Positions 36,150 through 49,346 are shown, numbered from the stretch's first letter. The stretch: DNA of 64,000 nucleotides from Iphione sp. A-MEVVRFRX5 (GCA_976226885.1 OZ320316.1:38874001-38938000), one strand, 5' to 3'. Numbers and translations are program-made. Notes: generated by a model from the letters alone, not told the origin.

Positions 36150-38190
36150 AGTTTTTGCTACTGTTCATACAAGAAATGTCTATGTCTCATGCATGTGCTT
36201 AGAAGATACAGTGTTGTAAATTGATAACTCAGCATGGAAACATCCACAATGACCTCAGCTGCATGATTTCTTGCATATACATTTGATAAGTTTTCTGCAT
36301 CCCTTTGATGTTTCATGTAACACCATCCAATGTGGCTCCCATCCTTCATCACTAATTGTGTTGATGTTTCCGACAGTTTACTGAATGCCGCTGTCACCTC
36401 AGAATACACTCTCTAAACTGCCCATGCTATTTTCTTTCCTCTCTCAGCAAAGGCCGAAACTGTATCATATCTTGTGAATGTATGGAATCCTGGTAGTGAT
36501 CTTGATTGCATTGATCCCATTATCTTTGTGATGTCATGGACTGGGAAAAGCAGGAGTCTGCCTAGTCCCAAAGGCTATCCAGAACTCCTCAAGACCAATT
36601 CTTTCGAAGTCTGCCACTGTAAGGTCCAAAATGTCTGTATCCACTGTCCTTATTAGGATTTTCTGGCTAACCTGTTTTGCTGCATCAGATACATGAAGTA
36701 TGACCCTTTTATCTGCCTCCTTATTGTTGGAGAGGCTTAGGTATTCACAGTTAGCTGTTTGAGTGCACTGGACATTTTCTCCATCAGTTTTGTACACTGT
36801 GAAAAAGCAGGAATGCACCAAACATTTTCTTCATCAGTAGTGTATCTACTACAGCATGTGTCCACAAACTGAACGATTCTTGTTTTGTTTTCCTCTACAT
36901 CGAGAAATTTCTTCCAGTTATTAGGGATTTTGGATGTTTGACAAACTCTCCTTCTGGTTCCCTTTTCTCTCTTTTTCATGGTAAATGTTTTCAAGCTTTT
37001 AGGTATGTAGGAATCCCATACCACATTGATGCATGAAGTATTTGTAAGTTGTATGTTAATGTATGGTAGAAAGACTTTGGAGACATATTCACCAAAGGCT
37101 TTAGCTGTCCTTGGCTCTAGTAAGTGCACTACAGCTATACCATCCAAGATTATTGAATCCCCTGTTGGGAAATCAGACACAATGCCTGTAAGATCTTCCA
37201 AACAAGGTACAAGGTCTGACAGTGCCTGTGTGCAGATTTCCATGATCTGAAAAACTTGGTAGATAGGGATAGTTATCATACTTGAAAAAGTCATCAAGGT
37301 TTACAGCCCTGGTTTGGCATGAGATATAAAGTCATGACATGAGGTCATGATCAACTTCTAGAGCAGTGACCTTTAGCTTAGAAGATCCCATACATAGAAG
37401 CATGATGCTAGCTTGTTCAGAGCCTGAAAATATATGTCAAAGTTTCCATCTTGCTCCTCTCTCACAAACATTAATATTAGGAGTTGCATTTTGAGTATTA
37501 GAGACCAATATTGAAACTGCAGACATACAGCGATATGCTGCTCCTCCTGGGCTTCAAATTCCAGATGTGGTCCTTGTTCTGGCTGGTTATTTCTGTGAGA
37601 CTGGTATGCTTTGTGTTTCATGATGGAAAGGCTAGCAGTTGTCACCTGGTGTGCATGTCTAATCTTTGACATGTCCAGCTTTGATGAAAGAGTCACCTGT
37701 ACCAGGTGTAGCAATCTCTGCTTGAACTAGGGCTGATGTCCATCTGCTGTCTTCCAACCAGGTGCCTTGTGCTCAAAAGGCAGCTATTTTAATGTGAGGA
37801 CCAACAAACATAATGATGTATTTGTCCTCCCCATGTATTTTCGGCCAAGGAATCTGAATTTGCTTAGCCAATGAATACAAAGGCTGATGGACAGCCATGA
37901 ATGGGATCTGACCTGGATTAACATGATGTGAGGCTTTTCTGATCACTTCAACCCCATGCTTGACCATAGCAACTGTTTGTGCATTTTCATAAAATAGTGA
38001 CATCAAGACATTCAGTGTGACTGAGTGTCGAACTGACTACTGGAGTAACACATACTTAGAAGCCTTTTTTGTGAGTAAGAGCATGTAGCTGCAGCCCAAT
38101 GTACAAAGACAAGGGTGTTTCACATTCTGCTTTATGCTTGATTTTTCCAGAAGACGAGCCATCCCTGAAATGTTTCACAGCATTGAAAAG
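36150..38190 (-). pseudogene. AcademX transposase + XPG/PIN-like nuclease remnant
   Basis: Motifs in order: ETPLSLYIGLQLHALTHKK; LFYENAQTVAMVKH..NPGQIP..QPLYSLAKQIQ..GEDKY; RHAHQVT..QFQYWSLIL; DGIAVVHLL..VVWDSY; KEADKRVILH..RTVDTD; FHTF..DTVSAFA (H3TH-like). Many frameshifts. Confidence 0.75.
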
Positions 38191-41100
38191 CAACAACTGA
38201 GATTTCAAATAATACATAAAAACAGACCATCTAAGACCTCAAATTAGTGTTAAATGCCTAACATTATATTTGTTATGATTTAAAGAAGTTAAAACCAAAA
38301 TTGGAAGGAACAATCATTATTAGATTCAAAGTTATGACAGTTGTGCTAGTCATGTTAAAAAAGCCTTTGCTATACATATAGGTGGCATTACCTGCCACCA
38401 AGGGGCACTGTTTAAGTGCCTCTATATTTAAAACAAACTATCCTGATGATATCTACCTACATGCAAAAGTTCCTACTTGTTTCCAAAAGTACACAAATAG
38501 GCACTTTTTGGGAGCTAAGCCACTAGACTATTACTACCAAGCAGAACAGAAGTTTCACAGGCTTTCTGGAGAAATAAGAAATATCAGATTGGCATAAAAG
38601 GTTGTTTTTAAAATTTCCAGTGGCTGTATCCCTAACTATCCTATTTAGAATAGATTGGTTAGTGCCATAAATGGCCTTAATATAAATTGGTCGCTTATCT
38701 TTCCATAAGAATGGCAATAACGATTTGTGTATTTTCCCCGATGATTTAAAAAACTATTATTGTACTTTTATCGTTGTTTCAGGATGGCCAGCCTTATTCA
38801 ATTTTAATTTCAGTTAATTTTCATATCTTTAGCCAAGAACTTAGCCTTGAGCTTTCTCAGTTAATCTTGCGGGTCATCCTAGGATAGCATGTTACCTTTA
38901 TTTCTCAGAATTGGGAGACTAGACTACCCGATATTGCCCCCTATTCTTACTTGAATGTATTTCTGGATATCTTTTTCTATATAAGGGGACAGAATTTTAT
39001 ACACCCACAGCCTTCGTCTTACACCACTTTGGGTTGCGGTTAGAGTAACTTTGTCCGGTCATTATCAGAAGCCCCAGGTTGTTGAAGAGACCAACGCTGA
39101 TAAAGTAGTGCCCATGTAAACTTACTACCCCTTACCAAGTAACTAGGCAACAATTTGAAGACTGCACGTTCTATTAGTGCAACCATTCCCCAGTGTTTAT
39201 GGCCAAAGTAATGGATAATCCAACAGCCCCCCAAAAGCATTGGAATATGGAATATAGATGTATTAATATTTGGAAGCGCCCTATTATATAAAGCGTATTG
39301 GTAAACCTGTTTCGTCATCAGAACAGCCACTGTTGATCAATATTATTTCGATATTTAGTGACAAGTTCGTTTATCCTCCCACTTATTGTTGTCACCAGAA
39401 GGTTCTCTCGCTTCGCGTCAATAACCCGGACTAATAGATGTCTCAGTGGACGTATTCTGCTCACATTTGTTTACTATAATTACTTGTTTTTTCAATGCTT
39501 GTGTTACTTGTATAGATTTTTTCACTGGTTATATGAAGCAAAGGGCCCATAGTTAGTGGTATCAATACCTAGGGGGGACTTGAGCAGAGAATATCGTTTT
39601 AATCTTGGTTATGGTTACACGTAGAATTTGAAGTATAACATACTCCGACATTCCCATTGCAAGGCTTGCACAAAATGCATGTACCATAATTATCGCATTA
39701 TTTAAGATTACATATAACAGGTATAAAGAAGTAGAACAAAAATGTACTTGTTATGATCGCTACCAGTATTTTTGACAAATTATACATTACAAAAAGGGGG
39801 CCTAGCTCACCAGACGCATAAAGAAGTAGAACTACTACAATCATATACCCACTACCTAAAATACCTTATTATATGTTCCTTTTTAAAAACTGCGAATTTT
39901 ATATTGACGATCTCCTGATTTCAACTATTCGAACATCATCATTTGTAAGCCTGTCATTAAGAGGGAACTTGAGCTATTCAGCCAGGAAAATTTATCGTTT
40001 GTGCAAACCTGTTTGTAACCAACGCGTTTACGGCGACTGTAGTCAGCAAGTTCGTGATAGTAGTACCAGTTAAATGGCAGGCTGTCAACTGTAACATTTC
40101 GAGATGCATGAATGTACATTTATAGCCTAAACAATTGCACATTCAGACTAAAAGAGGCGGACTGGCTGTTTTATATTTAACCCTATAAAGGTGAACAGCG
40201 CCTTAAACCAATTCATAGAGAGGCGAGCGTTGCCTTAATTCGCCGTTCGTTAATGTTGCAATTTATGTAAGATTTAGTTGATACTTGTTAAAATAATGTT
40301 GAGACTAAACGAAAATGTCTGTTTTTAATTCTTGTAGATGAAAACAAGCAAGCTATTAAGCACGCTCTTTTCTAGAATTATTATTAAATATATACATGTA
40401 CATGTAGTCCTGATCCTGTCAGTCTGAACTATGCAGTAAAATCGTTCTCTGGGATTTTAATTTATTGTGAATGAAAACCGCCCTACAAGGTTTAATTCGG
40501 GCCTTTTTAGCATCTACCTCTCATTAGACTATGGACACAGTGTTCGTATATGTCCACTGACTAATCAACAAAGACTAAATGAAGTATCTTTTTGTTTTTT
40601 ATTTTTGTTGAGCGTTTTGAAGTAGCGTGTATATGGAATCCCGCTCCACCTTTTGCTTTGAACGTATTGGATGGGTGATGCGGTCAGACATAATCGACAG
40701 ATGAGGAAAATACATAATTTAGCATCACTTTTACTCAGGTTAATAGATCTTCCTACCGGATACTGCCATGTACCACGCGATGTAGCAAGATCGTAAAACC
40801 AAGGACCTTAATTGCTAATTTTATCAAAGAAGGGGTAGTTCAATTGATGGTTGCTCGTTTGTCAAAGCCATCAACTCTTCAGCAGCAGCCTGTATTAAGC
40901 GTTCACAGGTAAAATTCACTACAGTTGTCCGGCTAAATTACATATTTCATGTTGCTGCTGCAGCATCTACTCAAAACCTGATTGTTGGGCAATTCCCTTA
41001 GACGTACTCATGTTGCCTGACCTCGACTAATGTACCTTTGTCAGCAGGTAGAACACTGCAAGTTCTTCTGTTCACTGCATATCTACGTATGAACTGATGT

Positions 41101-42079
41101 CGGGGGGATTTTCACTTGCTGAACAGTACACGGAAGTAAGATGCCACGAGGGTGCGGCTCCTGATTGATTGACACTGAGTCAGTGATGTATGCGCGCATC
41201 AGACACACACGTATGATCCAATCCCTGTCTCCTTAAGGGATGAAAGCAGGGCGTGTCCCCTTTGATGTACAAAAAGGTGAATTGCATTGCGTTACATCCG
41301 ACTGAAAGCCAGTTAAGAAGAAGGGTGGACCTATTAGTTTTGTGACTCTCGACTTGGTAACTTTCTGACATTCTGAATTACTCGGCCAAACTTACAATGT
41401 ATACTGAGACATCTTAAAGACGATCCGACATTTGTAGTAATAGGCAACGCAATTTTCTTGCATGTAGTTTTGAATCATCGACACACTCACTGCCTCCGGT
41501 TTTCTACATGCATAGCGCCCTAATCATAATTTCGTAATCCATTTGGTGGCGCAAGAAATCGCGCTTTGTCCTGAATGCATGTCGCCGATCATGTCTTTTA
41601 CCTACCTTTTTCTGGTTTCTTATTTTTTTCTTATAACTATATTTAAATATCAGATGTCTGATATTATCTCTTTTTCTTGAAATAAGAATGAATAACTGCA
41701 TACAAACTTGGTTGAACTTTCTTCATGTTATTTGCATCAAGAAAACACCAAATGTACATCATGCTTTTCATCGGAGTTCCTTAATGGGTTGGTTATCTTA
41801 CATCAATTTATATGCAGAAATGTGATCAAACTGAGGAATGCTATCGTCCAGAAACTGTCAGCGACCCGCTTACATGACAACACCTGTTCCTGCATAGAAA
41901 CACTGTTCCTAAAAGAATTGCAGTTAAGACACATTACAACAAGGTTTTTTTTACATCGTTTTTCCATGTCAACGATTCAGCGTTTTTATTGGATCAAAGT
42001 TCATCATCACGTCACAAAAACACAAATCAAATACTGCGTTGAAGCTGGGTCGCTGACAGTGTGGAAAAGAATCAATTAA

Positions 42080-42465
42080 GGCCCGGTTTCCTTATGTGCG
42101 TAGCCATGCGTGCGTTGGAGTGCGGAAAACACACGGATTTTATGGTCCTGTTGATTTTAATAAGGGATGTTCCTTACCTGCGTTGCAGTCCGTGTGCGTT
42201 GCTGTGCGTCGCCATGCGTGGCCGTTTTTCGGACCGTTTCTCGTAAATTACACGCACACGCACAGCAACGCAGGGCTACGCACTGGTATTTCCCTCATTT
42301 TCCCGCACCGGTCCGCACCGGTCCGCACCGGTCCGCACTGAGTGTCAAAGGACACCCCTGTGCGTTGCCGTACGGAAACCGGTCTAGACACCCCGTGGAT
42401 GCGTTTACCGCACTGAAACGCACACGTATACCAACGGACACCACCGCAGGTAAGGAAACCGGGCC
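42080..42465. mobile_element. PIF/Harbinger-type MITE
   Basis: TAA|ggcccggtttcctta ... taaggaaaccgggcc|TAA: a perfect 15-bp TIR with a TAA TSD. Contains an internal (ccgcaccggt)x3 repeat. Confidence 0.92.
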
Positions 42466-43001
42466 TAACAGGGGAAAATTCATTCTATTAAACGTTGTTG
42501 AACTAGAATATATCGAAAGCAGAGTGTAATAAAACTTTATCTGGACTTAACTCGGAACACAATGTTGTCCTGCTAGACTCATGTTATCAATCTTTATTCG
42601 AGGAACCAAGTACATGCAGATGAGATTTTGCAAATTTTTTTCTTAAAGTTTTACCTTTTATACTCTATCGTAAGCGTAGCAGAAGATTATTTCAAACGTT
42701 GTGCTACAAATGTTTCACCTATAATTATAATTTATACATACAGTGAAAAGTCCCTAATCGGCACACCAGTGGTTTTCCAAATTGGACACATTTTGGCCTA
42801 AGGTCACTTTGAAGATTTTGCATCTCTTGGTGCTGAGACTGACACAGTGTTCTTTCGTGATGGCAATCACTAAATCCATGCACGCGGAGCGACCTTTCTC
42901 TAGAAAATGATCTCTTACCATCAAGATTATGTCAGTGATGTCTGTCAATGGTGGTCTTCCTGGTTGGCTGTTGCACTAACTCTGGCTCTGGATCCTCAAC
43001 T

Positions 43002-43215
43002 ACCTCCCTGCCCTCATGCTCAAACGTGGAATCTAAAGGAAACCCAATATCATGTCCTCACACCTCCCTGCCCTTGACCTTAAAGGGGGAACATAAGGGA
43101 AGGGTGGTATCATGTCTTCAAACTTCCCTGCCCTTGTCCTCAAAGGGAAAACCTAAAGGAAGCCTGATATCATGTTCTCACACGTTCCTGTCACCTGTCC
43201 ACACACGTTCCTGTC
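43002..43215. repeat. ~60-bp minisatellite, about 3 copies
   Basis: Recurring unit c(c/t)tccctgccct...aaagg..a...atatcatgt.ctcaca; gives the 20-aa periodicity in ORF 42948-43355. Confidence 0.8.
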
Positions 43216-43475
43216 CAACCATTTTGTATTTCAAAAAATGCAATGAATATCAATGCTTTCTGCTTATCCAATTATCTGCCCTATTCTGGGACGACTTCTT
43301 CACGGGTGTGATTAGTCCGAAGTTTAAAGACGCTTTTGGGACATTGAAAGTATAGGAGAGTCACAGCTAATCATATTAGAGCTAAACATTATGCACAACA
43401 ACAGGAAGGACATATGTCACAAGCCTTATAAATTATCGTTTTAAATAATTTAGTGCCTGATGCGTAACAGCTCTG

Positions 43476-44387
43476 CACTGATAATCTCAGGCCTTGAAAT
43501 TTTAGTCATCAGTGACTAACTTTCTTAGTTCAAAACGACGGTGCCAAAAGTGACCTAAGGCAAGTTAGTCATATTAGTCTTATTTGACTAAGAACATTAG
43601 TCTTCAAATTTCCAGGAATATGTACCTCGGGTTAGTCAAAATGACTAAGCATATAGATCAAAATGACTAATCTGAGATGTTCAAATAAATATTTAAGTTA
43701 GTAATTATGACTAACAAAATTTGCATTTCTAGGAAGCTTTTGACTAATCTGTTAGTCTGGTTTACTAAGAGGCATTAGTCTTTGTTACCCAATGTCTTAG
43801 TCACATATTAGTCAATCTGACAAACCTAATAAAGTGTGACCTGAATTAGTCAGAAACGATTTTGTTTTACAGAGAACACATCATCATTGCACAGGTAAAG
43901 CTGTTGATGTATAATTACTGAAAATACTTACATTTGAAGGACTCCTGGCCTTGTTTGTGCTTTAGAATTGGCCATATTGATGAAAATAGGCATCAAAATC
44001 ACTCCCAGTTCACTGCTGACTTTCCTGGCTTTTTTCACAAAAATGAGGTCCTCTTAACTATACCTTCTGATGTGATTCTTCAAGCATCCTTTCTTCTCCA
44101 TCCTAGTCCTTCTAATCTATATTATCTGTCATCCAGGAGCGTGTATTTTGATGTTTGCAATGAGAGATGAAGGAGACACCAACAGTCATCCATGATGGGG
44201 GTTCAGGAAATGGATTTATTTATCTTTGTGTAGGAGAGCTCTACTGGAAAACGTCATATAGGTACTAAATGCTTAGTCAATAGTGACTAATATCTGACTA
44301 ATATATTAATCAATGTGACTACTTTGATCAAAACCATTCTATATTAGTCAGGAATGACTAAGTTTCATGCACCTCAGATTATCAGTG
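43476..44387. mobile_element. Non-autonomous EnSpm/CACTA-like element (CACTG termini)
   Basis: TG|cactgataatctcagg..tgaaa.tttagtcat..tgactaa ... ttagtca..aatgactaagtttcatgcacctcagattatcagtg|TG. Diverged ~45-bp TIR, 2-bp TSD, and dense subterminal TTAGTC/GACTAA motifs in both orientations. Confidence 0.75.
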
Positions 44388-44499
44388 TGGAAGCAATACT
44401 GAGCAACACGCAGAGCAGGTCAACACATAGGACGGCAGCACAGGTGGGTGTCATACACATGGAAAACGTAACCTGGTCGCTTTTACTCTGTTTTAGTGA

Positions 44500-44722
44500 C
44501 GGTCTCCAAAGTGATTTACTGGATATCAAATAACATATCTCAATTTTTTTCAACAGCCGTAGAGATCACTGAACAGCTACAAAATGCGCCAGATGCACCG
44601 TGGCAATCACAAACACCGACTGGGTTCAATGCTATAGTAATAGAAGTAGCAGACTCTCCATCCTTCCTGTGGATGTATCTCTTGACTTTTAAGTCTGCTA
44701 TTTCCAATGGAAATGCAGACAA
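44500..44722 (-). pseudogene. Possible SWIM zinc-finger fragment (ISL2EU/MULE-like transposon ORF)
   Basis: ITIALNPVGVCDCHGASGAFCSC resembles C-x-C-x(n)-C-x-H with the His lost, followed by ISSKSLWRP in another frame. Weak. Confidence 0.3.
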
Positions 44723-46360
44723 TGTAGTGATCAGAATGGGAAAACCCTATAGAACATGAAACCCCAAAAGGTACATCATTCCTATCCGTATGCTGTGAAG
44801 ACGTTTTCGATATTTTCCACATGCACATGATATCGTATACTAATGATGATTAATAGACATATTAACTAATGGTACCATACTGAGAGAATGCACTGCAGGC
44901 ACTGTGCCGCAGGTTTACCGGGCAACCTTTAGTAGATGTTTCTAACTATACTGTGTGTTTCCTATGGAATAAAACCGAATGTGGATCCGGACTAATACCA
45001 TAATTTTATCATCAATGTGTAAGTTTGTATATTGTTATTTTAATTAAAACATTCTTAACATTTTTCTACATTATAGTATATCCTTACTGCATCATACTGT
45101 CCATACTGTTCCTGGGTGAAAGAATTCTCGGGTGACTTTTCTTTTACGCTCGGCATCCAGCAGATGTGAGGCACCCGATGACATTCCATCCCAGAGACCA
45201 GCGTTTTAAGGACACGTTCCACCTCAGGATCGAACATTACTAGCCATCCTTGGTGCAAAAATATGATTGATATCGGATGTGAAGCATCACTACATCACAC
45301 ATGACATCAAGTCCATCAAGTGTCAAATTCCAAACAACATCATATTGTGCTTGACACTGACATGTAACTACTACCTCAAAGAGACTTCTTGAGGAAAGTG
45401 TACCATTTTGTTTTCATAAAGCCACTTGGGAACAAATACCAAGTATGTATGAAATCGAAGGGGCAATTTGTTTCATTGATTGGACTTGGATTCCATATAC
45501 ATTACCTACGTACTACCTTACCCGCAAAAATAAGAGGAGGGAACCACGCTCGGAGTACTGGAGACGGTTAGCAATTTTTTTAATGGGAAGGGAGTGAAAG
45601 ACATACGCATACCACTCATTATTCATGCAACAAAAACCGTAAATGAGAATATCTGTCGGAGTAGTGAGCAGGAAATTTAATAGGCAGCGTAAGTATGAAC
45701 TATGAGTTATGTTCAGTATTCAAACTCATAAGGGAAGTCATATTAGAACGGTTCTCATTGAGTTGTTTCCACTGACGTCTTTCTTTACTTAAGAAGGGCT
45801 TGAGCATTTTATCTTCGTTCCACGTCCCTTGGCACTTAGTTCAATTTCAAACAGATCAATACACATAGCTCTGCAAGATGTTTTCTTACTCGCTCCCAGA
45901 GAGATGAGAAACCTAAGCGTTTGATCGACCGGTTCCGCAACGAAAGTAGACTATAAGGGTGGGCTCCTAATGCAATGTCAACATTGCAGTTGATGGTGAC
46001 AATCTGGCCGTGTCGACTGCAGCAAACACTGACGGCTCCCATACGGCCCTGGCGCACCATCGGTGGACAGGCAAAGAGTGCTCGCAGCTACGGCATCTGG
46101 GCTAGGTCGGTGTGTAGGCAAACCTAACGACCTTTACACGAAATGTATTGAAGAACAGATGGTTCCGGCCACATGAAGTTGGTGCTGGGTGTAACAATAT
46201 CTCACCCTAGCTCTGTGGGGAGGGGGAGGTTAAGGGATGCAGGAGTACAGCTGTAACATGCTGTATTGCTAGAACTGTGTTATACCATTCAAACTGTGAC
46301 TGAAGCAAGAATCATGCTTAGGCTAGCAATGCTGTGTCTGACAGAGCATTTGCAGTTTTA

Positions 46361-47198
46361 GGCCTGGTTTCCATGCCTCTGTGGCCTTGCGTAGGGGTCC
46401 GGGTGCATAGCCGTGCATGAAAGAAGTTTCCACCAGGTTCCGCAGACTCACACTCAGGGGTGTCCATCATCCGTGAAACACAGTGAAGGACAGTGCGTGA
46501 AGTGACAAGTAAAATTATGAAAAACAGCAAAAATGGCAAAAATAATGCATATTTCATGGAAAATGGGCCTAAAAATATCAAAAATGTGCAAAAAAACAAC
46601 CAGAAAAACACATATTTGTGCAAAAATGTGCAGGACTGTGCGGTACAGTGCTGTACTGTCTAAAAGTGAGTAAAAGCGAAGAAGGCAAATTACAGAAATC
46701 TACACCAAACTACCCATATGTTGGATTTAGGCAAGGTATTAGGGATCCCATTTTAGGATGCAATATTGGAGATGATGAATCTAAATTGTTTGAAGAATCC
46801 AATAAAACCCAACATCCCTGCCTATTTTCATGATGGATGCTTTATTGTATGTCAGTGTCCAGAGACTCAACGTTTTAAGGCAATCATATGCCCTTCAGTG
46901 ATGAAAATTATGAAGATAGGCAGGGAAGTTGGGTTTTATTGGATTCTTCAAACATTTTAAAAGTGAAGAAATGTGAAGTAAAATGAAGAAATCACTGTGC
47001 ATGACCATGCATGTGTACCTGTGTGCGGAAAGTTATTGGGCATGTACGAAAACAAACCACACATGCTGTATGCACAGCCACACACACACATTGTCAGGCG
47101 CATATGGAACACTCTGTTGTTAAGCCTTTGTTCATAAAACACCCATTGAAATGCATGGTCATGCACACAGATGCTCACACATATATGAAAACCAGGCC
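46361..47198. mobile_element. Probable non-autonomous PIF/Harbinger element
   Basis: tta|ggcctggtttccat ... atgaaaaccaggcc|ttt: 14-bp TIR with 1 mismatch, similar to the TIR at 42080. TSD is imperfect. Confidence 0.55.
46787..46954. repeat. 45-bp inverted repeat (small foldback/MITE) nested in the element above
   Basis: tgtttgaagaatccaataaaacccaacatccctgcctattttcat (46787-46831) is the reverse complement of 46910-46954 with 2 mismatches. Confidence 0.9.
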
Positions 47199-47592
47199 TT
47201 TATGCATTTATTGCATTTACAGTAGATCACATTGTTGGCATTTATATCAATAACTTGCATGTAATTTATGGTCTATCTGTGGTTAAACTAACTATATTAA
47301 ACTACTGTACTATTTGTGTTGTTTAACTGCATCACACTGCTGCTTCTCTTCCCTAATCACACTGTTTTTTAAAAACTGCACTACAGGAGAATCTTACTTT
47401 GCGACCTCATCACTTTGCAACCAAGATGACCATTGCGACCATTTTGGGTCGGAACAAAAATATTCTCAATACATATCCTATATGATAGTCTCTTACTTTG
47501 TGACCATATTGATTTCCAACCATTTTCACCTTCCGACCATTCCTCCTAGGGTCGTTTTCTGTATATTTTACTATTGCTTTGCAACCATTCCG

Positions 47593-47805
47593 ACCCTGGA
47601 GAGGGTCTCTCACCCTGGAGAGGGTCTGCCGGGATGGTCGGGGGTGTCAACTGCGACGTCTTTGATGGTCTCTCACCCTGGAGAGGGTCTGCCAGCAGTG
47701 GTCGAGGGTGTCGGGGGCAACTTCTCTGATGTTCTCTCACCTTGGAGAGGGTCGGTTGGGACGGTCGCGGGCATGAACTGCGACTTCTCTGATGTTCTCT
47801 CACCT
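47593..47805. repeat. 63-64-bp minisatellite with palindromic core
   Basis: Core tctcacc(c/t)tggagagggtc at 47608, 47671 and 47735, with a partial copy at 47798. Confidence 0.9.
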
Positions 47806-47819
47806 CTTTGAGTCACTTT

Positions 47820-47910
47820 TAGTCATCAAATTCAGCATTTTTGGACATTTAGTCATCAAATTCAGCACTTTTTGGACTTGAAGTCATCAAATTCAGCACT
47901 TTTTGGACGT
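47820..47910. repeat. ~30-bp tandem repeat, 3 copies
   Basis: agtcatcaaattcagca(c)tttttggac repeated three times. Confidence 0.9.
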
Positions 47911-48746
47911 TTCAGAGAATTTCTGTGGCAGGGGAGTCAAATTATTGCTTTCCGACCATATTCAATATTACAACCATTTTGGGCCGACCCAACTGGTGGT
48001 CGCAAAGTAAGGTTCTACTGTATATTGTTTACCATAAAAATTTCTGCTTGTACCTGAGATGGTTAATAAAAACATTTGAATTTGAATTTGACAGTTATTC
48101 TAAGACATGTGTAGTGTAACACAGTCTTGATAATAGGTGATGGTGTATTGTTAGAAATTATGTTCTTAAAAGACTATGTTGTATAGTGTAAAGACAAGTA
48201 CTTGAATACCTTAATACCAAATACTACATGCTGCACAAACAACATTTTTGTTAGAAAGTACTTGTGTTCTTCATATCAGTACTGAATGGAAATAGTCCTA
48301 TAAAACAGTGTAAAGCCATTGTATTTTATGTCGAGTCACTTTGTGAATAACAATGATGTTATCAGTGAGCTCCTCCAAGGCCCTGGATGCTGGGCGCTTG
48401 TGACGTCATGATACCTAAGACATAACGACCTATTGTGTAGTTGACATGTAACTAATGACCATGTCCGGTCTATGAGCTTTGACTGTATGGTCACTTTGGT
48501 AGAGTTGAGTATATCTCGTTGGACTCACCTTCCTGATGCTGCTGAACTGCTGACTCGCTGTTCTATTTGCTGAAGAAGAATGAAAAAAGCTGATAACAAA
48601 CCTAATGCTGTTGTGTTGGCTTTGTGCTACAGTAGGAGGTAAAGACATGGAATATTTAACATCAAAACTATATTAACAGCAATTAATGGATTCAAGGCCA
48701 TTCAGATTTTGAACAGGAAAAATTCTTGAAAAACATACATGGGGTA

Positions 48747-48815
48747 GGGAGTTAGCTCAGTGGTAGAGCTCTGGTCCACCGACTGACAGGTTGCAGGTTC
48801 AATCCTGGGCCTGGG
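48747..48815 (+). mobile_element. tRNA-derived SINE head
   Basis: gggagttagctcagtggtagagc...gcaggttcaatcctggg has an A box and a B box. The anticodon arm is not intact, and non-tRNA body sequence follows. Confidence 0.7.
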
Positions 48816-49346
48816 ACTTGTGATCAAGACCTGACAGATTTACTGTAGCCCCAACCCAGAGTGGCCCACAACTCATAAAAAGGCAGGTGTATAGGATTCT
48901 GTCCCCTATGCACAAAAAGACCCCAGAAAAGGACAAAATCAACCATGCAAATATTTTGATTCTATTTAAAAAAACCCTTTATGCAATGAATGGGATAAAT
49001 CAGCATATAGCTCTTTTGATATTCGATTATCCCTGCTATCCTCCACAAATATATCCCTATTTCATTTAATGAGTACACTTATCTTTATCAAAATGAAAAT
49101 AGATGCAACATTTTTTTATATTAGGTAAATTCTCCTGCTGGCTCTAGCCATATTTTAATAAACACAATAAAGCTAGACGACGGCTCCCCCAAGGCCATTT
49201 TGCCATGTTTTCCATTCTCTAACTCCTTTAATCACACCACAACTGATTACCCTTTTGTGAGTCAGATATCCAACCGTCAGTGCAGGCCTTCTGTTTTGAA
49301 ACTTCATTGCAACTATTCCCTCACTCTTCATCGTGATATTCTGTTA

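Larger units (their letters stand above)
32996..38530 (-). mobile_element. Internally deleted, decayed AcademX DNA transposon
   Basis: Ends are tagtctagtggctta.. (32996) and ..ctaagccactagacta (38530). About 165 bp of diverged TIR aligns (gaacttttgcatgta, tagatatca, cagtgc.ccttggtggcaggt). TSD is TTA. The body has transposase and XPG/PIN-like nuclease remnants. Confidence 0.8.
47384..48020. mobile_element. Tc1/mariner-type MITE containing two minisatellites
   Basis: TA|caggagaatcttactttgcgacc ... ggtcgcaaagtaaggttctactg|TA: 23-bp TIR with 2 mismatches and a TA TSD. Confidence 0.85.

Noticed and set aside
42948-43355. 135-aa ORF with 20-aa repeats as a real protein
   Set aside because: It starts at an ATG with no supporting context and is open because of a 60-bp minisatellite. 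No homologous motif is recognisable.
47593-47805. CRISPR-like array (palindromic ~19-bp repeat with ~44-bp spacers)
   Set aside because: The spacers are homologous to each other (ggtcg, actgcgac, ttctctgatg), there are only 3-4 units, no cas genes are present, and the array lies inside a eukaryotic MITE.
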